Source: an uncultured delta proteobacterium (GTDB lineage: Bacteria > Myxococcota > Myxococcia > Myxococcales > Anaeromyxobacteraceae). Taken from it: a DNA stretch of 64,000 nt. A program made the position numbers and the translations under genes. The notes below the pieces were generated by a model. That model did no database searches, was not told the DNA's origin, and saw only the letters and a list, made by a program, of their open reading frames with translations. Of the stretch, positions 46,213 through 64,000 are shown piece by piece; within the stretch, counting starts at the first letter, position 1, and each line of letters opens with the position of its first letter. The stretch covers positions 64,001-128,000 of the forward strand of contig CAWFDF010000008.1 of assembly GCA_963814585.1 (NCBI GenBank), written 5' to 3'.

Positions 46213-48477
46213 ATGCACGCTGGCCGCCATGGACGGAGAGGCCAGGTCAGGTCACGCTTCGTCCATAGCGCGTCGCGATCCGGGGTTGCAAGTCCCCGGG
46301 CCTCCCGGTCCGGCTGGCGGTGCCTGGCCGTCCTGCTGACCCTGCTGGCCAGCGCCCCGGCCCGGGCCGCCGAGCCCCTGTGTAACTCCCTGTCTGGCCT
46401 CGGGAACGCCGCCGAGGCGCTGCGGCTCGGCGACTCCGCCGCCGGCGTCGCCGCCGCGCGAGCGGCCTGGTCGGCGCTGCCCAGGGGCTGGCTCGGGGCC
46501 CGGGCCGCCGCGATCCTCGGCCTGGCGTTGCTGCAGGCCGACCGGCCCGCCGAGGCCCTGGCGCCGCTCTGGGCCGGCGTGGCCTCGCCTCCCGCCGGAG
46601 TCGAGGGAGACCTTCACCTGGCCCTCGGCCGGGCCCTGATCCGGGCGGGGCGGCCCGCCGAGGCGCTGGCGCCCCTGGCCGAGGCGGTGCGGCTGGGTCC
46701 GGCGACGACCGCCCAGGTGGCCGGCTGGCTTCGGGCCGAGGCGCTCCTCGCCGCCGGGCAGGTCGCGCCCGCACTGCAGCGCCTGGAGGCCCTGGTGGCC
46801 AGCGGCGGCGGCGACCCCTCCGCCCGCCGTGGCCGGCTCCTGCTGGCCGGGGCCAGGCGGCTCGCCGGCCGAGATCCCGAGGCGCTCGCGGACTATCGGG
46901 CGCTGGCCATCGAGGAGGCCGGGGCGCCGGAGGCGGCCGAGGCGCTCCTGGCGCTGGAGCGGTGGTTCGCCGCGCATGGCGCCGGCCCCCCTCTCTCCGG
47001 CCGGGACCGGCTCCGGCGCGCCGAGCGGCTGCTCCAGCGCGGCCGATTGGGCGAGGCGCTGGCCGAGGTCGAGCTGGCCAGCGGCACGCTGCCTCCTGCA
47101 CCTGCTGGCCAGGCCGCCATGGTCCGGCTGCTGGCGCTGGCCGGCCTCGGCCGCCTCTCCGAGGCCGTCGAGCTGGCTCCACCGCTGGTGGAGTCGGGCG
47201 ACGCCGGGGTCCGGCGCGGCGCCCAGTGGCTGCTGGCGCGGGACGCCTCCAGGGCGGGCCGGACCGGGGAGGCCGCCAGCCGCCTGGCCGCGGTGGCCGG
47301 GAGCCTGGCGCCCATCCCTGGCCTCGGGGAGCAGCGCAGCCGCGACCTGGCCGACGAGGCGGCGTACCTCGCCGCCTGGCTCTGGTACGACGCCGGCGAC
47401 TTCAGGAAGGCCGTGGCCCGGCTCGACGCCTTCGTGCGCGCCCGCCCCACCTCGCCGCGCGTCGACGACGCCCGCTGGTTCGCGGCCTGGTCGAGCCACC
47501 GCGCGGGTGACCGGCGGGGAGCGCTGGCCCGCCTCTCCCGCCTCGAGCATGGCCCCATGGCCGAGGCCGCCCTCTACTGGCAGGGCCGGCTGGGAGGGCG
47601 CCGGGACCGGCTTCGGAGGGTCGCCGTCACCGCCGGCGATGGCTGGTACGGCTGGCTGGCCCGGCGCCGGCTCGAGTCGATGGGCGCCACGCCGCCGCCC
47701 GGGATCGCCGTCGAGCTGCCGGCGTCGGGGCCGCTCGAGGCCGCCAGCTCCGCGCGGCTCGCGGCGGCCGCCGCGCTCGCATCGCTCGGCTGGCGCGACC
47801 GGGCCGTCCAGGAGCTGGAGGCGCTGGCCGGCCGCGGCGCGTCCCAGGCCACCGCCATCGAGATCTGCCGCCTCGCCGCCTTTGCCGACGAGCCCGCCCT
47901 CGCCTTCCGCGTGGCACGGGACCTCCTCGGCCAGGCTCGCGGGACCGAGCGCTGGCTCTACCCGCTGGCCTTCGAGCCGCTGGTCACGGCGGCCGCGCGC
48001 GCCGCCGGCCTCGACGAGGCGCTGCTCCACGCCCTGGTCCGGCGGGAGTCCCAGTTCCAGCCCGGGGCGAGGAGCAGCGCCGGCGCGGTGGGGCTCGGCC
48101 AGGTGTTGCCGAGGACCGCGCTGCGGCTGGGCGTGCTGGGCGGGCTCGCCTCGGATCCCGCCGCGCAGCTCGCCGATCCGGCCACCAACCTCTCCCTGGC
48201 GGCGCTCTACCTCGGCCTGCTCCGGGAACGGTTCGGCGGCGACGCCGCCGCGGTGGCGGCCTACAACGCCGGCCCGGCGGCACCGGCCGGCTGGCTGGCC
48301 TCGCGCGCGGCGCAGCCGCTCGACGAGTGGGTGGAGAACGTCCCGTACAAGGAGACCCGGATCTACCTGAAGACCGTGCTCTCGGCGAGGGAGGCCTACC
48401 GGCGGATGATCGGCCTCCGGCCCTCGCTCGATCCGGCGGCGCCGGTCCCGCCTTCGATGGCCGGCGTCGCCTTCTAG
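46213..48477 (+). CDS. Soluble lytic transglycosylase (Slt70-like) with TPR region; start uncertain
   Basis: LVRRESQF, AGAVGLGQV, AAYNAGP, VENVPYKETRIY; signal peptide ending APARA. Confidence 0.9.
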   Translation: MHAGRHGRRGQVRSRFVHSASRSGVASPRASRSGWRCLAVLLTLLASAPARAAEPLCNSLSGLGNAAEALRLGDSAAGVAAARAAWSALPRGWLGARAAAILGLALLQADRPAEALAPLWAGVASPPAGVEGDLHLALGRALIRAGRPAEALAPLAEAVRLGPATTAQVAGWLRAEALLAAGQVAPALQRLEALVASGGGDPSARRGRLLLAGARRLAGRDPEALADYRALAIEEAGAPEAAEALLALERWFAAHGAGPPLSGRDRLRRAERLLQRGRLGEALAEVELASGTLPPAPAGQAAMVRLLALAGLGRLSEAVELAPPLVESGDAGVRRGAQWLLARDASRAGRTGEAASRLAAVAGSLAPIPGLGEQRSRDLADEAAYLAAWLWYDAGDFRKAVARLDAFVRARPTSPRVDDARWFAAWSSHRAGDRRGALARLSRLEHGPMAEAALYWQGRLGGRRDRLRRVAVTAGDGWYGWLARRRLESMGATPPPGIAVELPASGPLEAASSARLAAAAALASLGWRDRAVQELEALAGRGASQATAIEICRLAAFADEPALAFRVARDLLGQARGTERWLYPLAFEPLVTAAARAAGLDEALLHALVRRESQFQPGARSSAGAVGLGQVLPRTALRLGVLGGLASDPAAQLADPATNLSLAALYLGLLRERFGGDAAAVAAYNAGPAAPAGWLASRAAQPLDEWVENVPYKETRIYLKTVLSAREAYRRMIGLRPSLDPAAPVPPSMAGVAF

Positions 48478-48486
48478 CGTCCCCGG

Positions 48487-49350
48487 TCAGGCCACTCGCA
48501 GCGCCAGGTCGATGGCCTCACCCAGCCGCCTGAGCACCTGTGGAGACACGCCGGGGATCCTCTCCAGCGCCTCGCGCGAGGCGGGCCGGAGCCTGGCGAT
48601 CTCCACCATGGTCGACTCGCCCAGCACCTTGAACGGCGGCCGGTCCTCCTGGTCGGCGCGGGCCTCGCGCGCCAGCCAGAGCGCCTGCAGCACCTTCTGG
48701 CCCGCCGGATCGAGCGCACGCGCTCCCTTGAGCCGGCGCCAGCCCATGGGGTCGAAGACGCGCTCCTTCGGCACCGCGGCGGCCACCCGCTGGAACTCCT
48801 GCTCGGCCTGGTCGGCGAGGTTGCGGGTCGCCAGCTCGGCCTTGAACTCGTCGGCGATGGGGAGGAGGAACTGCGTGTCGAGGGAGGCGTAGACCAGCTG
48901 CTCACGGGTGAGCGGCCGGCGCCCCCAGTCGGAGCGCTGGTTGGCCTTCGACATCCGCACGCCGAACTTGGCCTCCACCAGCGCCGAGAGCCCCAGGCCG
49001 GGGCGCCCGAGCCGGCGCGCCGCCACCATGGTGTCGAAGAGGCGCGGCAGCCGCCAGCCATACTCCCGGCGCAGGCAGCGGACGTCGTAGTCGGCCCCGT
49101 GCAGCACCACCTCGCGGCCGTCGCAGAGGATCTCGCCCAGCGGCCGGACGTCCACCGCGATGGGGTCGACGATGTAGTCGGCGGACCTGGTCGAGAGCTG
49201 CAGCAGGCAGACCCGCTCCCGGTAGACGTGGAAGCTGTTGGACTCGGTGTCCAGCGCCAGCACCGGCTCGGGGCGCACCGCGTCGATCAGGGCCTGGAGC
49301 GAGTCGGGATCGGCGACGTGGACCGGGATCCGATGTACGGGTGGCGACAC
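48487..49350 (-). CDS. rnd: Ribonuclease D (DEDD 3'-5' exonuclease + HRDC)
   Basis: ALDTESN, CLLQLS, HGADYD, FDTMVAA, SDWGRRPL, YASLD, DRPPFKV. Confidence 0.92.
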   Translation of the reverse strand: MSPPVHRIPVHVADPDSLQALIDAVRPEPVLALDTESNSFHVYRERVCLLQLSTRSADYIVDPIAVDVRPLGEILCDGREVVLHGADYDVRCLRREYGWRLPRLFDTMVAARRLGRPGLGLSALVEAKFGVRMSKANQRSDWGRRPLTREQLVYASLDTQFLLPIADEFKAELATRNLADQAEQEFQRVAAAVPKERVFDPMGWRRLKGARALDPAGQKVLQALWLAREARADQEDRPPFKVLGESTMVEIARLRPASREALERIPGVSPQVLRRLGEAIDLALRVA

Positions 49351-49359
49351 CCCGTCATT

Positions 49360-50286
49360 CTAACCCGCCCGGGCGAGCGCCACCGCCACTTCGGCGGCCA
49401 CGGCGGCGTTTCGCACCAGCAGCGCCAGGTTGGCCTGGCGGGACCGACCCCGGGTCGCCTCGGCGACCGCCGCGAGGAGCCACGGCGTCACCGCCGGTCC
49501 GGTGACACCGGCCCGGGCCGCGCCCGCGAGGGCCCGCTCGATGGCGGCCTCCACCTCGGCGCGCGGCAAGGGCTCGGGAGGCTCCACCGCCAGCAGGACC
49601 CCGCCTGGCCGACCCAGCTCGCCCCACTGGAGCCCCAGCAGCTCGGCCGCCTCGCCGGCGTCCTCGACGCGGTGAGCGAGGTCCACGCCGCTGCCACTGG
49701 TGAAGAAGGCCGGCAGCTGGCTGGTCCGGTACCCGATGACCGGGACCCCGAGGGTCTCCAGGGCCTCGGCGGTGGCCGGGAGATCGAGGACCGCCTTCGG
49801 CCCGGAGCAGACCACGCAGACCGCGCAGCGAGCCAGCTCGCCCAGATCGGAGGAGACGTCGGCCGCTCCCGTGGCGGCCGCGCCGGCCGCGAGCCGGTGG
49901 ACGCCCCCGAGGCCCCCGGTGGCGAGGAGCCGGATCCCGACCCGGGACGCGATGGCCAGGGTGGCCGACACGGTGGTCCCGGCGTCGCGGCGCGACCGGA
50001 GCAGCGGGGCGAGATCTCGGGCGCCGGCCTTGGCCGGGCTTCGGGTGGGGTCGCCGAGCCGCGCCAGCTCGACCTCGCTGAGCCCGATCGCGATCCTCCC
50101 TTCGACGAGCCCGATGGTCGCCGGGACGGCCCCGGCGGCGCGAACGGCCTCGACGCAGCAGGTCGCGGCCTCGAGGTTGTGCGGCGGCGGCAGCCCGTGG
50201 GCCACCACGCTGCTCTCGAGCGCCACCACCGGGCCACCCCGGGCCAGCGCTTCCTCCACCTCGGGCGCCATCCGGATCCGGGCCAT
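49360..50286 (-). CDS. psuG: Pseudouridine-5'-phosphate glycosidase
   Basis: [48 protein letters not shown]. Confidence 0.93.
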   Translation of the reverse strand: MARIRMAPEVEEALARGGPVVALESSVVAHGLPPPHNLEAATCCVEAVRAAGAVPATIGLVEGRIAIGLSEVELARLGDPTRSPAKAGARDLAPLLRSRRDAGTTVSATLAIASRVGIRLLATGGLGGVHRLAAGAAATGAADVSSDLGELARCAVCVVCSGPKAVLDLPATAEALETLGVPVIGYRTSQLPAFFTSGSGVDLAHRVEDAGEAAELLGLQWGELGRPGGVLLAVEPPEPLPRAEVEAAIERALAGAARAGVTGPAVTPWLLAAVAEATRGRSRQANLALLVRNAAVAAEVAVALARAG

Positions 50287-50406
50287 GGGCCAGTCTAGCC
50301 CGCCGGGCGCCGTCGAGACCGCGCCATCGAGCCGCCAGGACGTGGCACGATCGAGGCACGATCGAGGCTTGTACGGGCCCGGGTGGCGGGGCTACCCTCC
50401 CGCACG

Positions 50407-50904
50407 ATGACGACGCCCCGTCGCCCCACCGCCCCGTTCGCCGCCGCTGGCCGGGCCACCGAAGCCGCCATGGGCCTGGCGACCGACCTGGCCTCGGACG
50501 TGGTCGACGGGCTGAAGAAGTCCGACCGGTCCTTCCGGCTCAAGGCCGGCGTGGTGGGAACCTGGCTGGTGCTGTCGGTCGTCACCCTGTGGGTCTCCTG
50601 CCCCTCGTCGGGCCCGGCCAACTCGCTCGGCGCCATCGCCCGGCTGCAGGCCACCAGCGTCGGCCAGGTGATCTCGGTGAGGAACGACAGCGACGGCACC
50701 GTCTGGACCGAGGTCGCGCTGGTCCTCGACGACACCTGGCGCTACGAGCGGCGGCGCACCGTCCGGGCTGGCGACACCGTCACGCCGAGGGTCGAGGACT
50801 TCACCCAGGACGGCCTGCCACCGCCGGCCGACTACCGGCCGCAGAAGCTGACCGTGCAGTGCGAGCAAGGTCGCGTCTCGATCCCGCTGGTCGAGAAGCG
50901 CTGA
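50407..50904 (+). CDS. Hypothetical single-TM protein
   Basis: One TM helix (VVGTWLVLSVVTLWV), beta-rich C-terminus, GC3-rich. Confidence 0.7.
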   Translation: MTTPRRPTAPFAAAGRATEAAMGLATDLASDVVDGLKKSDRSFRLKAGVVGTWLVLSVVTLWVSCPSSGPANSLGAIARLQATSVGQVISVRNDSDGTVWTEVALVLDDTWRYERRRTVRAGDTVTPRVEDFTQDGLPPPADYRPQKLTVQCEQGRVSIPLVEKR

Positions 50905-50917
50905 CGCCGGCGTCCGG

Positions 50918-51334
50918 TCAACCGGCGCGGCGAGGCCAGGGCCGGTCGTCGAGCGCTGCCTCGGCCCGACGCGCCGCCTCGAGCTTGCGCGCCGCACGCC
51001 AGGTCGCGCCCAGCCGCTCCACCACCTCCCGCCTGGCCGAGGCGTCCTGGACGTCCGCCCGGCGGCGCTCCAGGTCCGACCGCGCCACCCGGGCCCGCTC
51101 GTCGGCCTCGCTGGCCCTGGCGTGCAGCCGTCCCGCGTCCTGCCCCAGCCGCGCGATCCAGTGCGCCGCCGCAGGGAGCGAGGCCGCCGCCCGTCCGCGC
51201 GCCGCCTCCCCACGCAGCGCGAGCGCCTCGGCCTCGGCCGCCTGGCAGCACGCCATCGCCCGGCCGAGCGCCCGCTCCGCCGCCGTCGACTCGCGCCGAC
51301 GCAGATCCAGGAGCGGCTGGAGCGGCCACCTCAC
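50918..51334 (-). CDS. FliJ/SctO-like coiled-coil stalk protein
   Basis: MRWPLQPLLDLRRRE...EAALDD; overlaps the ATPase stop. Confidence 0.7.
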   Translation of the reverse strand: MRWPLQPLLDLRRRESTAAERALGRAMACCQAAEAEALALRGEAARGRAAASLPAAAHWIARLGQDAGRLHARASEADERARVARSDLERRRADVQDASARREVVERLGATWRAARKLEAARRAEAALDDRPWPRRAG

Positions 51335-52632
51335 GCCGCCACGCCGAGGAGCCTCGCCAGGGTCTCCTCGAAGGACGTGGTCTCCCCGGCACCCTGCCGG
51401 AGGAAGTCCTCGAGCAGGGCTCGCCGGACCAACGCCTGGTCGGCCTCGGGATCGCTGCCGGCCTGGTAGGCGCCCAGCGCCACCAGGTCGCGGGTCCGCT
51501 CCAGCGCCGCCAGCCAGGCTCGAACCCGGGAGGCCGCCGTCCGGTGGGCCTGACCGGTCACCTGCGGCATGACCCGGGACACGCTCGCCAGCACGTCGAT
51601 GGCCGGGAAGTGGCCACGCTCGGCGAGCCGCCGCTCCAGCACCACGTGGCCGTCGAGGATGCCACGGACCTCGTCGGCGATCGGCTCCTCCAGGTCACCG
51701 CCGGCCACCAGCACCGTGTAGATGGCGGTGATGCCTCCGTGCTCGCGGTTGCCGGTCCGCTCCAGCAGCCGCGGCAGCGCCTGGAAGACCGAGGCCGGGT
51801 AGCCCTGCCTGGCCGGTGGCTCGCCGGCCGCCAGCCCCACCTCCCGCTGCGCCCGGGCGAAGCGCGTGATCGAGTCGAGCAGGAAGAGCACGTCGGCGCC
51901 CCGCCCCGCGAACCACTCGGCGATCGAGGTGGCCACGTGCGCGGCCCGCAGCCGGACCAGCGCGGGGGCGTCGCTGGTCGCCACCACCACCACGCTCCTG
52001 GCGAGCCCCTCGGGGCCGAGCGCCTCCTCGACGAACTCCCGCACCTCGCGCCCGCGCTCGCCCACCAGGCAGATCACCGAGAGGTCGGCCCGGGCGCCGC
52101 GGGCGATCTGCCCGAGCAGCGTCGACTTGCCGACGCCGGCCCCCGCGAAGAGGCCGAGCCGCTGGCCGCGGCCGGCGGTGAGCAGGCCGTCGATGGCGCG
52201 CAGGCCCAGCGGCATCGGCTCGGCCACCCTGCGCCGGCGGAGCGGGTGTGGCGCCGGCCGGTCGACCGGCCAGGCCTCCAGCCCTGCCGGCTCCGGACCG
52301 CCGTCGATGGGGTGGCCCAGCCCGTCGAGCACCCGGCCCAGCAGCCTCTCGCCCACGCCCACGGTCAGGGGCGTTCCGCGCGGCCGCACCTCGGCGTCGA
52401 GCCCGACGCCCGCCGCATCGCCGAGGGGCAGGAGCACCGCCCGGTCCTGCCGGAGCGCGATGACCTCGGCGAGCAGCTCGGATCCGGCCCGCTCCACCTC
52501 GACCAGGTCGCCGAGCCTCAGCCCGGCCAGGGCCGCCTCCAGGGCCAGCCCGGAGAGGTGCGTGAGCCGCCCGGTGAGCCGGAGCGGCGAGGCCCGATCG
52601 AGCACGGCCCGCTGGCGGGCGAGCGGCGCCAT
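51331..52632 (-). CDS. FliI/SctN type III export ATPase
   Basis: GQRLGLFAGAGVGKST, GERGREV, DSITRFARAQREVGL, EPIADEVRGILDGH, FPAIDVLASVSRVM. Confidence 0.95.
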   Translation of the reverse strand: MAPLARQRAVLDRASPLRLTGRLTHLSGLALEAALAGLRLGDLVEVERAGSELLAEVIALRQDRAVLLPLGDAAGVGLDAEVRPRGTPLTVGVGERLLGRVLDGLGHPIDGGPEPAGLEAWPVDRPAPHPLRRRRVAEPMPLGLRAIDGLLTAGRGQRLGLFAGAGVGKSTLLGQIARGARADLSVICLVGERGREVREFVEEALGPEGLARSVVVVATSDAPALVRLRAAHVATSIAEWFAGRGADVLFLLDSITRFARAQREVGLAAGEPPARQGYPASVFQALPRLLERTGNREHGGITAIYTVLVAGGDLEEPIADEVRGILDGHVVLERRLAERGHFPAIDVLASVSRVMPQVTGQAHRTAASRVRAWLAALERTRDLVALGAYQAGSDPEADQALVRRALLEDFLRQGAGETTSFEETLARLLGVAA

Positions 52633-53249
52633 CAGGCCACCCCGGGCAGGAGCGCGGCCCGGAAGCCCTCCAGCCGGCTGGCGATCCGGGCGTCCACCTG
52701 CCCCGCCTCGGTCTCGACCACCACGTCGCCGGGCGCCAGGGACGGGTCGGACACCAGCTCCATGGCGGCGCCGGCCGCAGCCTCGGCCAGCTCCGCGGCC
52801 CGGTCGCCGAGGCCGGCGAGCCCGTCGGGGTGGAGGCGCACCCGCAGCGCCCGCCGCCGCCCCGCTGCCCGGAGGGCCACCACCGCCCCGTCGGCCGCCG
52901 AAGAGGGGTCGCAGCGGAGCTCGCGCCCGAGGATCCGCCGCGCCATCTCGATCGCCAGGTCGAGCGCCTCGACCTCGGCGCGCGCCAGCCAGCGTCCCTG
53001 GGCCTCGGCCAGGGCCGACAGCCGCTCGGCCACCTCGGCCGTGGCGGCGCGCAGCCCCTCGGTTCGACCCTCTTCCCGGGCCGCCGCGCGCACCTCCCCG
53101 GCCGCGCGCCGGGCCTGCTCCACCTCGGCCTCGACGCCGGCGAGGAGCGACTCCACCCGCTCCGCCGCCATCCACGCCCCGGCGGTGATGCGCCGCCTCG
53201 GCCAGGTCGCGACGTCCTGGCCCGCTCTCAGCACCCGGCTGGACTCCAT
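52632..53249 (-). CDS. FliH/SctL stator protein
   Basis: AREEGRTEG, LAIEMARRILG, VRLHPD, DPSLAPGDVVVETEAGQVDA. Confidence 0.85.
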   Translation of the reverse strand: MESSRVLRAGQDVATWPRRRITAGAWMAAERVESLLAGVEAEVEQARRAAGEVRAAAREEGRTEGLRAATAEVAERLSALAEAQGRWLARAEVEALDLAIEMARRILGRELRCDPSSAADGAVVALRAAGRRRALRVRLHPDGLAGLGDRAAELAEAAAGAAMELVSDPSLAPGDVVVETEAGQVDARIASRLEGFRAALLPGVA

Positions 53250-53461
53250 GGCCCCTCCCCTCGAGGCGCCGGACGGGTGCCGGGGCCCGGCACCGCGCTG
53301 CGGCGTTCCCGGCCCAGGATGCAGGGAGGATGCCGGACGGCGCGGGGCCCGAAGGCAGGGCGCCCGTCACCGGCTCACGGTGGCGGGCGCTCGATGGGGA
53401 GGTTGCTTGCCGCAGCGAGAGGGACGGCCCTCGACGCGGGCAGCTCGCGGGGGCCGGGGCG

Positions 53462-54183
53462 CTAGGCGGCGTCGCGCTCCTCGGGCGTCAGGTAGCGCTC
53501 CAGGAACTGCTTGGTCTTCAGCTCCACCTGCCGGACGCGCTCGCGGGAGACGCCCCAGCGCTTGCCGATCTCCTCCAGCGTGCGCGGCTGGTCCTGCTCG
53601 AGGCGGTTGTGGACGATGTCCCAGCCCAGCTCGCCGATCCGCTTGCGCACCTTGCCGAGCGCCTCGCGCACGTCGCGATCGCCCTCGTCTGGAGGTAGAG
53701 GTCCTCGGGGCCTGGACCGTCGTCCTCGATCCGCTCGAGGTGGGTGGTCTCGCCATCCTCGTCGACGGCGCTGTCGAGCGACATGTCGGCCTGGGCCACG
53801 GTGCCGCTCTGCGGCCTGACCGTGCTGCGGGCCTCCTTGAGGTACTTGCCGACGTAGGCCCTGATCCACCAGACGGCGTAGGTCGAGAAGCGGGTGCCGG
53901 CCCCCGGATCGAACTTCTCGACCGCCCGCATCAGGCCGACGTTGCCTTCCTGGATGAGGTCGTCGAGCCGCACGGTGCCGCGCCGCTGCTTGCGGGCGAT
54001 CGCCACCACGAAGGCCAGGTTGTGGCGGACCAGCTTCTGCTTGGCGGCCACCTCGCCCCGGCGAGCCCGCACCGCCGCCGCGTGCTCCTCCTCGCGGGAG
54101 AGCGGCGGGAAGTCGCGGACCGCCTTGAGATAGGGGGCCAGCTCGTCGAACTCCCTGCCGCCGCGTTGGGTTCCGGTCTTCAT
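53462..54183 (-). CDS. Alternative sigma70-family factor, RpoH-like (apparent frameshift near 53690)
   Basis: YLKAVRDFPPLSREEE, NLAFVVAIA, DLIQEGNVGLMRAVEKFDP, RFSTYAVWWIR, TLEEIGKRWGVSRERVRQVE. Confidence 0.9.
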
Positions 54184-54243
54184 GAGTACACTTTTCTTCC
54201 GATGTCCGTCAGGCTGGCGGGTCTTGAGGAGCGAAGTGCGGGC

Positions 54244-54272
54244 AAGTTATCAATCTGGACTGAATCAGTCAA
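54244..54272 (-). promoter_or_regulatory. Putative sigma70 promoter of the sigma gene; -35 overlapped by palindrome GACTGAATCAGTC
   Basis: TTGACT-N17-TAACTT with extended TG. Confidence 0.55.
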
Positions 54273-54388
54273 TCGCGACCCGGGTCTCGCACCATCCGGC
54301 TATCGTGTGAACGGTCACCGAGCCGTTCCAGTCACTACACCTAGCGGTTCGCGCATTCCCGTTTGCTCATGCCTGGTCTGAGTCCACC

Positions 54389-54402
54389 TTGATGTGTATC
54401 AA
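54389..54402. promoter_or_regulatory. FNR-type box
   Basis: Perfect TTGAT-GTGT-ATCAA in a GC-rich genome. Confidence 0.7.
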
Positions 54403-54561
54403 CCGCTTCTGGACGAGTCACCAGTGCGACGACGTGCCCGAGAAGGCGTCCCGATCAATCAGCGGATGGCATCCCTACGGGGATCGCCACAGGAACCGCG
54501 AGGCCCGAGGCTCAGGCCCCGGGCCACCGGATCGACACCACTCGCCCGGCGCCAGTGGCCG

Positions 54562-63051
<8,490 letters not shown>

Positions 63052-63215
63052 CGAGAACGGACCTCTTTCGCTGACTCAGGCTGCTGAAATGCATCACGCC
63101 AGCCTCGCGGCCGGCTGCCCCACTTCATCCGGCCGTCAGGCCGCGCTCACCCGGTTCACTGGACAGGGGGGCAGGTCTTAACGGGCCCGGACCCCTGCGT
63201 CAAACACCCGTGAGC

Positions 63216-63255
63216 GGTGGCACGGGACGGACCTCGCGATCCACCCCGTGCCACC
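63216..63255 (-). other. Stem-loop between rplL and rpoB (possible attenuator or processing site)
   Basis: GGTGGCACGGG...CCCGTGCCACC 11-bp stem, no U tract. Confidence 0.4.
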
Positions 63256-63265
63256 TCGGACGGCC

Positions 63266-63643
63266 CTACTTGATCTCGACCTTGGCGCCGGCGGCCTCGA
63301 GCTTCTTCTTGATCTCGTCGGCCTCCGCCTTGGGAACGCCACCCTTGACCTCCTTGGGGGCGCCCTCGACCAGGTCCTTGGCCTCCTTCAGGCCGAGGCC
63401 CGTGACCACGCGGACCTCCTTGATGACGTTGATCTTGTTGGCGCCGGCCTCGGTGAGAACGACCGAGAACTCGGTCTTCTCCTCGGCGGCGGCGGCCGGG
63501 CCGGCGGCGGCCGGACCAGCGGCCACGGCGACGGCGGCCGCGGCGGAGACGCCCCACTTCTGCTCGAGCTGCTTCACCAGCTCGGCGGCCTGGAGGACGG
63601 TGAGACCAGACAGCTGCTCCACGATGGCATTCAGATCGGCCAT
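63266..63643 (-). CDS. rplL: 50S ribosomal protein L7/L12
   Basis: [31 protein letters not shown]. Confidence 0.99.
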   Translation of the reverse strand: MADLNAIVEQLSGLTVLQAAELVKQLEQKWGVSAAAAVAVAAGPAAAGPAAAAEEKTEFSVVLTEAGANKINVIKEVRVVTGLGLKEAKDLVEGAPKEVKGGVPKAEADEIKKKLEAAGAKVEIK

Positions 63644-63741
63644 GATTTCCTCTTCCTTTTCTCTTCGTCCGGGCCCCCTCTCGGGCGACCCGTCAGCGTT
63701 CATGGGGCCTGGCTTCGCGCCGCCCCGGGTTCAGGTGCCTT

Positions 63742-64000
63742 TCAAGACTGCTTCTCCAGCTGCTCCTTCCGCGCGCCGAGCACGCGGGCGAGCTGCTGGG
63801 CCGGGATGCCGATGACGCGGGCGAGCTTGGTCGCAGGCTGGGCCAACATCCCCAGGATCTGCGCCCGGAGCTCGTTGAGGCTCGGCAGCTTCGCGAGCGC
63901 CGTGACGCCCTTGGCGTCCACCAGCGTTCCCTCCACCACCGCCCCGCGAATCACGAAGTTCTCACGGTCCTTCATGAACTCCGTGAGGAGCTTCGCGGGG
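63742..64000 (-). CDS. rplJ: 50S ribosomal protein L10 (partial, 5' end outside window)
   Basis: LAKLPSLNELRAQILGMLAQP; directly upstream of rplL. Confidence 0.95.
   Translation of the reverse strand, partial: PAKLLTEFMKDRENFVIRGAVVEGTLVDAKGVTALAKLPSLNELRAQILGMLAQPATKLARVIGIPAQQLARVLGARKEQLEKQS

Overview
Very GC-rich chromosomal segment. Gene content and protein sequences point to an Anaeromyxobacter-like Myxococcota member (inference). It is mostly core genes on the minus strand: rplJ-rplL-rpoB-rpoC, an RpoH-like sigma factor, lepA-lepB-pyrRBC-carA, icd, sucCD, ndk, rlmN, hom, eno, thiC and a leucine/isovalerate catabolic operon. A class II RNR (nrdJ) with tandem NrdR boxes lies on the plus strand. 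Many essential genes (rpoB, rpoC, sucD, carA) are broken by single-base indels, so this is almost certainly an unpolished long-read assembly and the frameshifts are treated as errors. The most notable structure is a split imuA // imuB-dnaE2 mutagenesis cassette. Each half is preceded by its own copy of a 66-bp promoter segment with a Myxococcus-type LexA box in the -35/-10 spacer. Between the halves lie a BrnT/BrnA toxin-antitoxin pair, two perfect palindromes and a beta-lactamase-family lipoprotein. Also notable: a stand-alone SctL/SctN/SctO (FliH/I/J) ATPase trio downstream of a sigma factor that has an upstream FNR box, a tandem HARE-HTH protein with an apparently dead Mrr domain, and a LepB whose catalytic Lys is Arg. 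No rRNA, tRNA, CRISPR array, transposase or integrase was seen.
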